DNA from: Octopus bimaculoides
Lineage: Eukaryota
Assembly (NCBI RefSeq): GCF_001194135.2
Contig: NC_069002.1
Coordinates: 8,195,924 to 8,259,923 of the forward strand
DNA: 64,000 bases
Reading direction: 5' to 3'
A program made the position numbers and the translations under genes. Each line of letters opens with the position of its first letter. Positions within the stretch are counted from its first letter, which is position 1. This document shows positions 24,289 to 36,365 of this stretch, piece by piece. Below the pieces are notes generated by a model. It was not told the DNA's origin and made no database searches. It worked only from the letters and a program-made list of their open reading frames with translations.

Positions 24289-24405
24289 TTATTTCAGTGA
24301 GAAAAATAAGATGGCAGAACATGTACTTAAAATGACTATGATGAGTAACTGCCATTGGAGTGGAAGTGCTATACTGTACAAGAAGGAGATGGCAGCTGCA
24401 AAGCA
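24289..24405 (-). CDS. MFSD11: MFSD11 copy B exon 13 coding part, ending in TAA
   Basis: [38 protein letters not shown]; the exon continues to a retained gtgagt donor at 24266. Confidence 0.88.
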   Translation of the reverse strand, partial: CFAAAISFLYSIALPLQWQLLIIVILSTCSAILFFSLK

Positions 24406-27400
24406 CTGAAAGAGTAAACAATTAAAATAATAATTAATTAATAACGAAAGAAGCAGTATTAGATATTTTGCAAGCAGTTTGCAGATGCAAGTTTTACAGG
24501 TGATTCTCCTGGAATAAAAATGAAATAAAAATTACCTGAAAAAACTTGCACAGGGAAAAAGCAGCGACTGCATCTTCTATGAACATGGTTCCTACAATAG
24601 CTAATACCTGGAAATGAAGTGAGAAAGAGAGATGGTGAGAGTAGAGAGGAGAAAGGGAGATGGTGAGAATACAGAGAGAAGTGAAGGGGGTTGCAGAGAG
24701 AAAGAGAGGTGGTAAGAGTAGAGAGGGTTGACAGAGAGATGATGAGAGTACAAATGAGTGAGAGAGAGGAGAGAGGAAAAGAGATGGTAAGAGTAGAGAA
24801 GAGCAAGGGAGTAGAGAGTAAGAAAGGTAGTGAGAGGAGTGGGAAGTGAGGGAGTAGAGAGGAAGAGAGATAGTGAGAGTAGAGAAGAGCAAGGGAGTCG
24901 AGAAGAACAATGGGGTAGAAGGTAGAGTTGGGGTGAAGACATTAGAGGGAGAAGGAAAAGAGAAGAGGAAACTCATTTCGAAAGCCAATAGAATTACTGG
25001 TTAAAAATGGGAGGATAGATGCATGGGTTCAATCCCATGCATAGCATTTTTGGCAAGTGTATTTTTTTTTTATATTCCAGACAGATTCAGCACTTGGGAT
25101 TAAATCTGAACACTGTATACAAAAGTTTCATTATGTTATATCATTATATCAGATTAAAACACCAAGTAGACAATTTCAGATGGCTACAGAATCGTAGATA
25201 TGCCATATTAATACATCGTTTCTTTGAAATAATATATTTTACTTTTTTAATGATGTAGGGGAAGAGGAAGACATCTTAATTGTTGAGGAAGTACTTACAT
25301 ATATAAATGTAATGAACAATAGTATTAACTATTGTGTTTCGTGTCAATGCCGTCTCTAGGTAAATTGAGGTTGGAAAGATTGTTCAAACAAAAAATAAAC
25401 AAAAATAAAAATGATTTCTTACAAAAGTATAAACAAGGAGAAAATTTTAGGAAGGCACAGTCGATGTTATGAATCCTCGGACCTGTATAGTACTTTTTTT
25501 TACCGAGCATGGAAGAATAAAAGTGAAGGTCAACCTCGGAGGGATTTGAACTCAGACGTAAAGGATCGAACCAACTACTTGTAAGGTTTTTATTCTGCCA
25601 AACCAAGATATATTCGATATTTGCATTATCCCCCCTGAACTGTGTAAGAGTTATTTCCCTGAGAAGTATTTGCTTTTTTTTTTTATATTGAAGCTGGAAC
25701 AGAAGAAATGAGTTCTGATATTTTGCTATGGCAGTATTCTGGTAAAAACGTCCCTTTCAGAAATTTCAGGGGAACTCCCATCACCACTACAAGTCACATC
25801 ACGTATGAGGGATTGTATAAGTTTATTGTTCGTGCTACGAAATTCTGACATTTTCTCAATTTCCTGTGATTCAGGCAGCCTTGTGGTCCCAGCAGACAAA
25901 ATCGAAAAGGAGCTGTCCCAGAGATCATTGAAGAAAATTCACTTGAACAGCCACTCTGACTCACAGGGATTGTACTTTCACACAGCCATCCCTGCCCCGA
26001 TAGTGGTGAGCAGGGATGTGACCTGGGGACTGAGAACTCCAAATAAATCATGTGAGACAGTCTGTTCAAAACTCCATTTGAGCCTACCGTTAGCTATAAA
26101 AATCTACCTCCTTCTAGTCTCAGAGTCAGTTGGTTCCAGACCTTCTAAGGTCTAACCATTGACCACATTACAGGGACCTCCATCTTTGTCGCAACCATCA
26201 TGTCTCTCACCAACATCGTCAACAACATCTACAGAACACCAACACACAGCAGAGGTTCTAATGTATCGCTGTTCATGAGTTCTTCACCAGGGTTAACAGC
26301 TAATGTACAACCCACGCAGATGCATGTAGATATATGTATAAATGTACATCAACCATTTCCATTTATCATTCAGTTGTGTATATACATGAGGCTGGCATTA
26401 AAGACATTTAAAGTTATCACCTTGTTCCATGTATTTCCTTGTATCGTGTTCCAGTCAAATGAGTAGAGTCACATTAGATGGAATACACCTCACCATCTAT
26501 AAAACCATACACTATTGGAAATGATCAATGTAGTCTAAGGTACATAACGTGTCTAAATGAAAGACAGGATTTTCATGTCTGGAATGCCTCAATGGTCTGC
26601 TGTATAAGGGATTATCTTGGACTAGACAACAGCAACAATATGTTAATAAAGGCTTTCTACTTTTATAAATACAACCGAAAGAATGTTCTTACCTGTGTAT
26701 TAAAGATACTATCAGTAAATCCAAGTAAAAAGCTACAGACTAACGCTACAGCAATACTGAAAGAGAGAGACAGCAACAATAAGAACAACAATATTAGAGA
26801 TGATAAATAACAACAATATTAGAGATGAAACATGATATACAGCACAATTAGTCAATGGCTGGAGCAATGCCCCAGATGACAGAAAATGGCTAATTAGGTT
26901 TTGTTAATGTCAGTGGAGATTGGGAAATGGTTTAGGGAAGACTACGATTCTACAAGTGAAATAATTACAGCATGGAAGACACATACTGGTTTCAACTATT
27001 GACACAAGGCCAGCAATTTCGTGGCAGGTTGTAGGGGAATTATATCGATTCGGTCAAATGGTACCTGTTTTATCAACACCCAAAAAGATGAAAGGCAAAG
27101 TCGACCTCAGTAACAACAACAACAATAATAATAATAATAATAATTATTATTATTATTATTATTATTAAGGTAGCACACTGGCAGAAACGTTAGTACACTG
27201 AATGAAAGGGTTAGCTGAATTTTGCCCACCACTAAGTTCTGAGTTCAAATTCTTCCAAGGTTGACTTTGCCTTTCATCCTTTTGGGGTTGATAAACTAAG
27301 TACCAGTGAAACACTGGGGTTGATATAATTGACTTGTCCACTTCCTTAAAATTTCAGGCCTTGTTATTGTTATTATTACTCAGGATTATTATTATTATTA

Positions 27401-27410
27401 TTATTATTAA

Positions 27411-27446
<36 letters not shown>

Positions 27447-28170
27447 CGTCATCATTATCATTTCACATTTTGGCTCAAAGCCAACAAATTTAGGAGAGGA
27501 GGAACATCTGAAGTCAGAACATAAAGATGGAAGCATTTCTTCCAAGTTGCATTGATTCTTATTTTAAAGGCAAAGTTAACCACAGACATGCCGCCAAACA
27601 TTTGGTCAGGCCTGCTAAAGATTCTAGCAGTTCACTGCCTTAAAATATGAATCAGTAATAAAAACATTTAACAGTCTATGAGAGATTCTACAGAATCTCT
27701 CATAGACTAATAATTCCTTTCTAACAAAGCTATTTCAAAGAATAGAAGATTGTTAGTGACAATTAATAAAAAAAACATGAGAAAATAAGAAAAATTTCCA
27801 GAAAATTTTTCTCTCACCTTGATGGTATATATGTGGGAGAATTTGATTCCCCTTGTGCAGAGTCAAATGGTAAGTTGAGAAAAGCAAGGTAACAAGCTGT
27901 TATATGACTCAAATATCCCATAAATATGAAAGGGGCTTTGTCATAATGTTGAGTCAATTTTCCCAAAATAGCCAAAGTGCTGCCACCTGTGTATGTAAAT
28001 ATATATATATTTTTTTTTAGAAAATATGGAAATTAGAATAAAAGACTTCGGTAATGGATTCCATAAGAATTTCTTCTTCCATCCATTCATTTTCCCAAAT
28101 ATACCAACACTACCTTTGCATACTTTCACAAAACATATAAACAACATCATACACAGATGACCTAACTCTT

Positions 28171-28210
<40 letters not shown>

Positions 28211-28347
28211 CTTTCCCACCATTCATCAGGCATGGCTGCACAATACCTCCTAGGCTTGACTAGAGATGTTATCATGTACATGTTTTATTTTGATATAAAA
28301 AGATGGACTGCAGCAAATATTCTGCTCAATACTAAGGCAGAGGTAAC

Positions 28348-28381
<34 letters not shown>

Positions 28382-28683
28382 GTAATAATAATAATAATAA
28401 TAATAGATAATATTAGGACTGCTATGACTCCTCTGGAAGGAATATGTCAGTAAAGTCCTAATATTATCTATAAAAAAAAAAATGAAGGGAGGGGAACATT
28501 CGATCACATCGACCCCAGTACTCAACCGGTACTTAATTTATCGACGCTCAAAGGAGGAAAGGCTAAGTTGACCTCAGCGGAATTTGAACTCAGAATGTTG
28601 TGGCATTGAAATCCTGCTAAGAATTTTGCCTGGCATGCTAACGATTCTGCCAGTTTGCCACCTTAATAATAATAATAATAATG

Positions 28684-28719
<36 letters not shown>

Positions 28720-29932
28720 GTAATGATGATGATGATGATGGAACATACCAAGAATTTCACCAACACCAATAAACATTCCTGACAATCCAATCAATGCCTT
28801 AGCCTCTTGCCCAAAGTGTTTGTTGTTAGCAAGGCATGTGCCGTATACACCAGAGAAAAATGTTATTTCAATTCCTGGAATTAAGAAATGACAAAATAAA
28901 AGGAAATAAAGAGGTAGGAATTTTAGTTCTCTGAAATGGAACATAGACAAAGGTTATTTCACAATCATAAGAAGCAATTTGAAATAGAAAACAACAATAG
29001 ATTCATTGTGAGGACTTCAATTTAAACAGATTCTCTATAGCGTTCAGAGCCAGCATTGAAAGTTATGATGTTTCCCATATGAATATGTTTATGTAAACAA
29101 TGCGATCGAAGATAGAAAAGTACCTATTTTACACATTTTTCTATCTTCAGTGGCATTGTTTACATAGATGTATTTGTATACAAAATGTGATAACTTTCAG
29201 TGGTGGCTCTAAATTCTATAGAAAATCTGTTGAGTTATAAGTGATTGTATTGCACTGTTAAAAGGTAGGACACAGCATTGACTTATAAAATCTTTAATCT
29301 ACTTGGTAGCATGTTATGGTTGGAATACGAAAAAATACAGTGTTCCTACCAGCAATTAACTTGACAGAATGTACAAGGAGCTTTTCTTGTAGCACCAACA
29401 CNNNNNNNNNNNNNNNNNNNNNNNNNNNNNNNNNNNNNNNNNNNNNNNNNNNNNNNNNNNNNNNNNNNNCAATGTGGCACAGACAAAACAAATAGTGAGG
29501 AAATGTGTTAGGGAGAGAGAGTGAGAAAGAGGGTCTATGTGAGTGAGTGTGTGATTGTATGTGTTAGATAAAGAGTTAGTATTTATTAGAAAGACAGTGA
29601 GAGGGAAAGGTAATGAATGACCGAATCAAAAATATGCACTTACCTACGTACAAAAATGGTATGAAAAGCAGTTGCATATTTCTGTTCTTCAATAACTGAA
29701 ATGCCCTCACTGCAATAGAAACAGTAAAACATTAAGAGCCAGAATGGTAAAAGTGTCTCAAACAAAATCACATTTTACCTAGGGTTTTTCAAAGGAGAAA
29801 AGGAGAGGGAGAGGGGGAGGAGAAGTGGGGAGAGAGAGAAAAACAGGAAGGGACAAAGACACACACACACACACACACACACACACATCTTGGTGATCAT
29901 GTTTGTGAGAAGCCTTGCATGTGCCCGGATGC

Positions 29933-29963
<31 letters not shown>

Positions 29964-30902
29964 CGTGTTTGGTGGAGAAAATAAAATTTAAAAAGTTTTA
30001 CAAATTTTTCACAAAAGCCATTTAAATATTTCAAAAGAATAGTAATGCTTTAGCTTGGTATTTCTAGTGAATTAGTGAATTATTGTCAAATTTAAGTGTA
30101 AATAATTTACGCTTTAAGTGAACCATTATTGTCTAATAAGTGTTGATATATTGAAGATAGAAGACAATTGGAATCTTTTTGTTATATCTTTTTAATTTAT
30201 AGTTAGTTTATAGATTTGATTGTGAAATATATTTTACTATTAAACATGGATATATTGACTGAAAATTGCTTTTTCTTTTCTGTTTTGTTTGCAGAACTAA
30301 TCTAATTTCTCAACACAATTAGAAAAATATACAAAGAACCTGAACAGAAAAGAAGAGAGGATAAAAGTTCATTATATACCTAAGCGAGACAAACTTAAGT
30401 AATAGGAAACTATTTGTCTCTAAAATGTTTGGAATTTTCAGTACCCATCAATTGTTTGGTACTCCAACTTAAATTTCTAAGAGAATGAATTAAGCTCTGA
30501 TTTTGTTGTTGTTGTTGTTGTTGTCGTTGCTTGGATACAGATGAGATTTCAACTATATCTTTTAAGATGAAAAAAGCAGCTTTTGTAATTCTGCTGAATA
30601 TTCTCCTCCTCTGCTGAACACATTATCCCATTATCTCTTTGTCTGTCTATCTGTCTATACCTGTTTGCCTGCCTGCCTGCCTTCTCCCCCACCCCTTACC
30701 GATGCAAAGGCCTATGAAATGTGTGTCTGTATAGATCCTGCCATTTGGATAACCAAATGGGAGCTGACCTTATTTTAGTCTAATGCATGTGCTCCTTGCA
30801 GCAGCTCCCTTGCAGTGATAAAAACTTACTCCTTTTCTCTTTCCATCAAGTGTTCTACTTGTATACTACACTGCATCAAGCAAACTATAACACTCTTCTC
30901 AT

Positions 30903-30941
<39 letters not shown>

Positions 30942-31814
30942 TGGATGCCCTTCCTAATGCCAACCACCCTCGGAGTTCTGGGTTCTCATTCCTTAGGTAT
31001 TTTTTGATGTTATCATTATTATTATTATTATTATTATTATCATTATTATTCAGGTCACAGCCTGGAATTGAACTCGAAATCTTTGGGTTAGTAAGTAGTC
31101 CGTGCTCTTAACCACTATGCCATATGCCTGTGGGTATATGGCATAGTGGCTAATATAGCAATATAGAACTGAAATGTTGAAGTAAGTGAGAGGAACTAAA
31201 CTAAGATACCACAAAATATAGAGAAGGGGGAGGGAATATATTAATGGGAGGAGGAAAAAGAGGAGGAGAAAGAGAAAAGGCAAGGGTACAGAGAATGCAG
31301 AGAAGGGATGGAGTTAGAAGAAAAGAAAGGTGGAGGTAGAAGAACTCACAGAATGTACTTTTGACATCTGCAATGTTCACAGGACTGAAATGAAAATATA
31401 AAAATAACAAAGTTAAAAGGTTTTAATTTTAATAGGATAGTCAATAAATGAATCAGGAGAGCAACTGTGTCATTGCCTTGTGATATTTAGTCATGTGACT
31501 TTACTTTCTAAGTTCAAATTTCATTGAATTGGTTTCATTTTAGACGTTATTCTCAAATCAATACTATATTTTCTAGCACACAAGCTGAATTTGCAGACCA
31601 GCATTTACACACACCCAGCAAAAGTTAAGTTGACTTATACAATAATTCCTTGAGTATTGCAGGTGTTATGTTCTAAAACCTCCCGTGTTAGGTGAAAATC
31701 CATGGAGTAGGAACAGACAGACAGACCGACATACAAATAAAGACAGGAAGATAAATAGATAGGTAGATAGATAGTTAGGTAGAAAGACAGACAGATAAAC
31801 AAATATAAACAGGC

Positions 31815-31857
<43 letters not shown>

Positions 31858-32830
31858 CAGTTAGATAGATAGATAGATAAATAGATAGATAGATAGATGG
31901 ATAGATAGATAGATAGATAAAACGTCAAGTGTAATTTGTGATTATTTTATAAAGTAATATTTCGAGCAGTTTTATCTTTAACATAGTTGCTTACCTGTGG
32001 ACAAGCTCCTTTGTGAAATGTTCAACACTGGATAATGGTGGTGGTCGAACCTTTGATCTGAGAAGAAACAAGAGAAGGACACCAAACCCACAGGCACCAC
32101 TGAGTCCAGCAAATAACTGGATTCGCAATTGGTCACTGATGACTTCCTTTCCTTGGAAGGTGAAATAAGAGTACAAGTTACCCAATAATAAACTGTAGAA
32201 GAACAGGGAAGAGAAGAAAATTGAGATCAAAATTAATCAAAGGAATTGGAGAAAACGCTACAGACTGACATGGCACTGACATGGTGACTTATTTCATATC
32301 TCTTGATATCTGTACACACACACATACTAAAATACATTTACATCTGTACACAAATACACATATCACGTTACACCAAATATGTACACATAACACAATCACA
32401 CACACAAACACACACATACGTCTGTACACAGCCATCCATGCCCCTCTGGTATTACACACACACTTGCCTGCACTGAAAGAGAGCCCAAAATATTCCACTA
32501 TTCCTAGGCATTGCCTTCGAGTCAAAACTTTTGGCAAGGAATGCCGATAGCGCCGCCCAAATAACTGAAATATTGAAAAGAAATAATCAGTTGTTAGTTT
32601 CTTGTTTTCAGATAAACATAAAGAAAAAAAAAAGAGCAAATTATTCAGAGGTTATTTAATGAAATGATGTTGGTGCATGTGTGACTGTGAGGTTAAGAAG
32701 CTTGCTTCCTGACCATGTGGTCTTGAGTTCAGTCCTACTGCGTGACACCTTGGGCAAATGACTTCTACAATAACCTTAGGCCTTGTGAGTGGATTCGGTA
32801 GACATAAATCATGTGGAAGTGTATAGTGTA

Positions 32831-32918
<88 letters not shown>

Positions 32919-35228
32919 CACACACACACACACATAGAAACCATACCAAATCAGCCTGGAATCTGGTGCAATTTCCCAGCTTGCCAGCTCGGGTCAAACT
33001 GTGTGCAACACATACCAGCATGGACAACAGACGTTAAATGATGACGATGACGATGACTACGACGGCGACGACGACGACGATGATGATGATGATGATGATG
33101 ATGATGAAATTTATTAAAATTCTTCATTATTTTTAACAATTAAATGCGTCAAAGAGGAAATAAAAATGTAACAATATAGAAACTTTTGGTTGTCAATATT
33201 CCAAATCAACATTGAATGGTTAATATAGGATTAAATAATTACCCGCTGCTCCAAATCCTACAAGGAATGATCCTAAGTAGAGAGTCCAATATACTGGTTT
33301 CAGGAAGGACATGATAAACAGTCTGGAAAATAAAACATTTAACTAAAATGTAATCGATGAATGAAACTTATAAAATTAAAATAGCCACTGTGGGGCACCT
33401 TGGGCAAGTGTCTTCTTCTATAATCTCAGGATGACCAAGGCCTTGTGAGTGGATTTGGTTGACTGAAATTGAAAGAAGCATGCCATATATATATGCTTGC
33501 AGTCATGTATGCTTGTCAAGAGCAGGGCTCATTAGTCACCAACGGAGCCGCAAATGCAAAATCTAAGTTAGTCCTAGAGCGCACAATGTTCCTGAAGGTA
33601 AGCAACGGTCTTCCTCGGTCACGAGTGGACGGCCATCATACACACATACACACATGTATGTATGTGTGTGTGTGTGTGTGTGTGTGTTTTTCAGTCTGAG
33701 ATATTATCACAGGACAAACACTGCAGTTAATGGCCTATCAATGATGTATATACGTTAAGTATAATACAAAGATGGCTATTTTAATTAAATACTGAGTCAA
33801 TTGTGTATACTGAACCTTTTAAAATTGTATTTCTTATGATGATGATAATTACGACGGATGATTACGACGGATGATTATGACGATGAAATGAATACATAGT
33901 TATACTCACAGATATGTGACACCAGCCATTATCATTGAGATCTTGGTGCCACACAAGAATATAACAACAGGAGCGATCCAGTTGCAGAGACCGAAGGTTG
34001 CGTAGATAATACCAAGACTAGACAAAAGGAAGAATCAAAAACAAGCATTACACAATAACATTTGACAACAACAGCGACCCCTATTTTCCTTCCATAAAAT
34101 ATCCTACATGTCACCTCGAGTTGCAAGCTGTATGGAGATCTCTCACTATTGTTGATGACACGGAAAACAAAAAGAAACACGTCGTACTCATTATTTAGTG
34201 GTTGGCATCAGGAAGGGCATCCGACCATAGAAACCACGCCAAAGGAGACACTGGAGCATGTTGCAGCTCTCAGACCTCCCTCTGGAATCCTGTCAAATCC
34301 GATGATGAATAAGCAGCATTTACCGCTACTGGTACTCCGTCCGTTACGACGATGAGTGTTCCAGTGGATTCGACCAACGGAACAACCCGCTCATGGAATT
34401 AACGTAAAAGTGGCTGAGTACTCCGTAATTATTCTTGTTAATCTTGGAGGGCCAAAATAGTTGGTCCCCCACTTCCTCTAGACTACCCGAGTAAAAATAA
34501 AATAAAATAAAATTTAAAAAAATAGAAAAGAATCAAGTATAGTTCGACTGTGTGAGGATTTGAACCTACAACAGCGAAGACAAAAATATTTCACGGCACT
34601 TAGTCCAACGCACTACATTTCTTTCTGTTTAATGGCCAAATTGATTACAAGTGATATTAACAAAGAAATTTGTGTCTACCTTACGAAACCATCGCCTTGC
34701 CTCGTGGTGTTTGAAGCACTGTGAAGAACAGTTATCTGGAGGGAATGAAAACAAATAAATAAATAATCAAAAATGAAATTTAAAAACAGTAAAACTTTTT
34801 TATTCTATTGGTGTCTTTTGCCGAACCGCTAAGTTACGGGGACATAAAGGCACCACACCGGTTGGCAAGCAGTGACGGGAGACAAACACACACTTAACGG
34901 TTCGGCGAAAGGAACCGATGGAATAAGTACTAGACATAGCAAAGTATAAAACAAATTATGTGGTAGCGTTGATTCATTCGACTTAAAGATTCTTCGAGGC
35001 GGTGCCCGAGATGGCCGAGAAAAGTAAAAGATAGAAGATAAAAAAGATTAAAATAAATGGAAAAAATTGTTCAATATATAAATAAATAAGGGTCAAATTT
35101 TGTTTTACCTGAACCATGGACGTGGTATGGAATGCTGTGTAGATAAACATGAAGGATAATCCCAAAATTATAACATTATACATGTTTGCGTTACAGAAGC
35201 ATTGAGGCGGCATGTTACCTGGACACAT
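24289..35228 (-). CDS. MFSD11: MFSD11/UNC93-like MFS transporter, copy B (divergent paralog, 435 aa)
   Basis: Complement join 35228-35109,34735-34680,34017-33910,33322-33243,32564-32468,32192-31995,31384-31350,29709-29644,28874-28749,27986-27818,26756-26693,24607-24536,24405-24289 = 1308 nt, open to a TAA. No frameshifts. The start codon choice (35228 vs 35213 or 35264) is uncertain. Confidence 0.88.
24536..24607 (-). CDS. MFSD11: MFSD11 copy B exon 12
   Basis: 72 nt; [24 protein letters not shown]. Confidence 0.9.
26693..26756 (-). CDS. MFSD11: MFSD11 copy B exon 11
   Basis: 64 nt; [21 protein letters not shown]. Confidence 0.93.
27818..27986 (-). CDS. MFSD11: MFSD11 copy B exon 10
   Basis: 169 nt; [43 protein letters not shown]. 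Confidence 0.9.
28749..28874 (-). CDS. MFSD11: MFSD11 copy B exon 9
   Basis: 126 nt; [42 protein letters not shown]. Confidence 0.94.
29025..29231. repeat. Foldback (MITE-like) element in copy B intron 8
   Basis: Nested inverted arms: aacagattctctatag../..ctatagaaaatctgtt, atgtaaacaatgc / gcattgtttacat, gaagatagaaaa / ttttctatcttc. Confidence 0.7.
29644..29709 (-). CDS. MFSD11: MFSD11 copy B exon 8
   Basis: 66 nt; [23 protein letters not shown]. Confidence 0.92.
31350..31384 (-). CDS. MFSD11: MFSD11 copy B exon 7 (35 nt)
   Basis: [11 protein letters not shown]; tttcag / gtgagt. Confidence 0.88.
31750..31921. repeat. (GATA)n/(GACA)n microsatellite
   Basis: Direct inspection; representative of many simple repeats. 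Confidence 0.95.
31995..32192 (-). CDS. MFSD11: MFSD11 copy B exon 6
   Basis: 198 nt; [37 protein letters not shown]... Confidence 0.92.
32468..32564 (-). CDS. MFSD11: MFSD11 copy B exon 5 (GC donor)
   Basis: 97 nt; [33 protein letters not shown]; donor AG|gcaagt. Confidence 0.88.
33243..33322 (-). CDS. MFSD11: MFSD11 copy B exon 4
   Basis: 80 nt; [26 protein letters not shown]. Confidence 0.92.
33910..34017 (-). CDS. MFSD11: MFSD11 copy B exon 3
   Basis: 108 nt; [36 protein letters not shown]. Confidence 0.92.
34680..34735 (-). CDS. MFSD11: MFSD11 copy B exon 2
   Basis: 56 nt; [19 protein letters not shown]; canonical sites. Confidence 0.9.
35109..35228 (-). CDS. MFSD11: MFSD11 copy B exon 1 ([40 protein letters not shown])
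   Basis: Matches the MFSD11 TM1 pattern (NxIILGxxFMFxxTAF); CAG|gtaaaa donor. Confidence 0.88.
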
Positions 35229-35821
35229 CCTCTTTGTTTGTAGTTGTTGTATTATATGCCACAATTACAATCTGTGTTCAGTGAGGATGATTTAATTATA
35301 CGATTTTGCAAACATACTAACTGATTAATTGATTAATTAGTTAATTAATTCACGATAACGCATGTTTAATTTTTCCAAATAATTCGTTCTTCCTTACCTA
35401 TTTTCTTCTATTTGTCTATCAGTTCCGTTTGTCAAGATATTTATTATTGATAACTGCTCTTTTACTTATCACTAACATATCAATTTGCACGTAAGTAGGT
35501 CATAATTATGCAAAGTCATTTGCATACTGGAGACATAGCTGCGTTTCTACTGGAGACATAGCTCCGTCTCTATGTTCAGAGATCAAATCCCGCCAAAGTC
35601 GACTTTGCCTTTTATCTTGTGGAGGTCGATAAAAGGCAAAGTCGACACAAAGTATCCGTCAAAAGCATTGGGGTCAATATAACCCTACAAATTTTCTGGC
35701 CCCTGTGTCTCTAGTAGAAAGGATTATTATCATTATTCTTGTTGTAGTTATTTTTGTTGTACTTCTTGCTGTTGTTGTTCTTGCTGTTGTTGTTGTTGTT
35801 GTTGTTGTTCTTCTTCTTCTT

Positions 35822-35893
<72 letters not shown>

Positions 35894-36000
35894 TAGTTTT
35901 ATTTTTATAACGTGCCTTCACTTCACTACCGAGCGCAGCTCTGTGTGCCTTAGGTATGTGCTGTGGTTTGCTGTGATGCTCTTATGGTTACTGTATTGAA

Positions 36001-36048
<48 letters not shown>

Positions 36049-36125
36049 CATCAAGGTAGTGAGCCGGCAGAACCACTAGCTCGCTGGGCGAAATGCTTAG
36101 CGGTATTTCGCCCGTCGCTAAATCT

Positions 36126-36365
36126 CTGGATAATGCCAACAGCGTGGAGAGGGCCTTTGAGGAGCTGTGTAATTGTTAATAGACCTACAATTTTAGATGC
36201 GCGATTGTTGGTGAGGTGACATTCCGATGCCCGGTCGAGTTGGAGGGATCCGTTGGGAACACGAAAGCCGCGGGCGCGAGCCCTGGTGAAGCCGACCGTA
36301 GGTGCAATAATCTTATGGACAGGCAATTACTGACCTTTGTGCACGGGCAATGGGTCAGTCAGAGA
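36126..36365 (+). mobile_element. Degenerate APE-endonuclease-like LINE fragment
   Basis: One frame reads ...FEELCNC**TYNFRCAIVGEVTF...DRQLLTFVHGQWVS, resembling the 'IVGDFN ... LxQxVxxPT' pattern; GC-rich; directly follows a SINE head. Confidence 0.35.

Noticed and set aside
704-35228. Copies A and B as two alleles of one gene
   Set aside because: Many amino-acid differences, a 15-nt exon indel, different TE insertions, and opposite orientation on one scaffold. Only the 7219-7559 contig looks like an assembly artefact.
24289-35228. Copy B as a clear pseudogene
   Set aside because: All exons keep frame and splice sites, and the only stop follows the last TM helix. Loss of function is not excluded but is not supported.
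35272-35397. Possible 5' UTR intron of copy B
   Set aside because: Good donor but weak polypyrimidine tract; cannot be supported from sequence alone.
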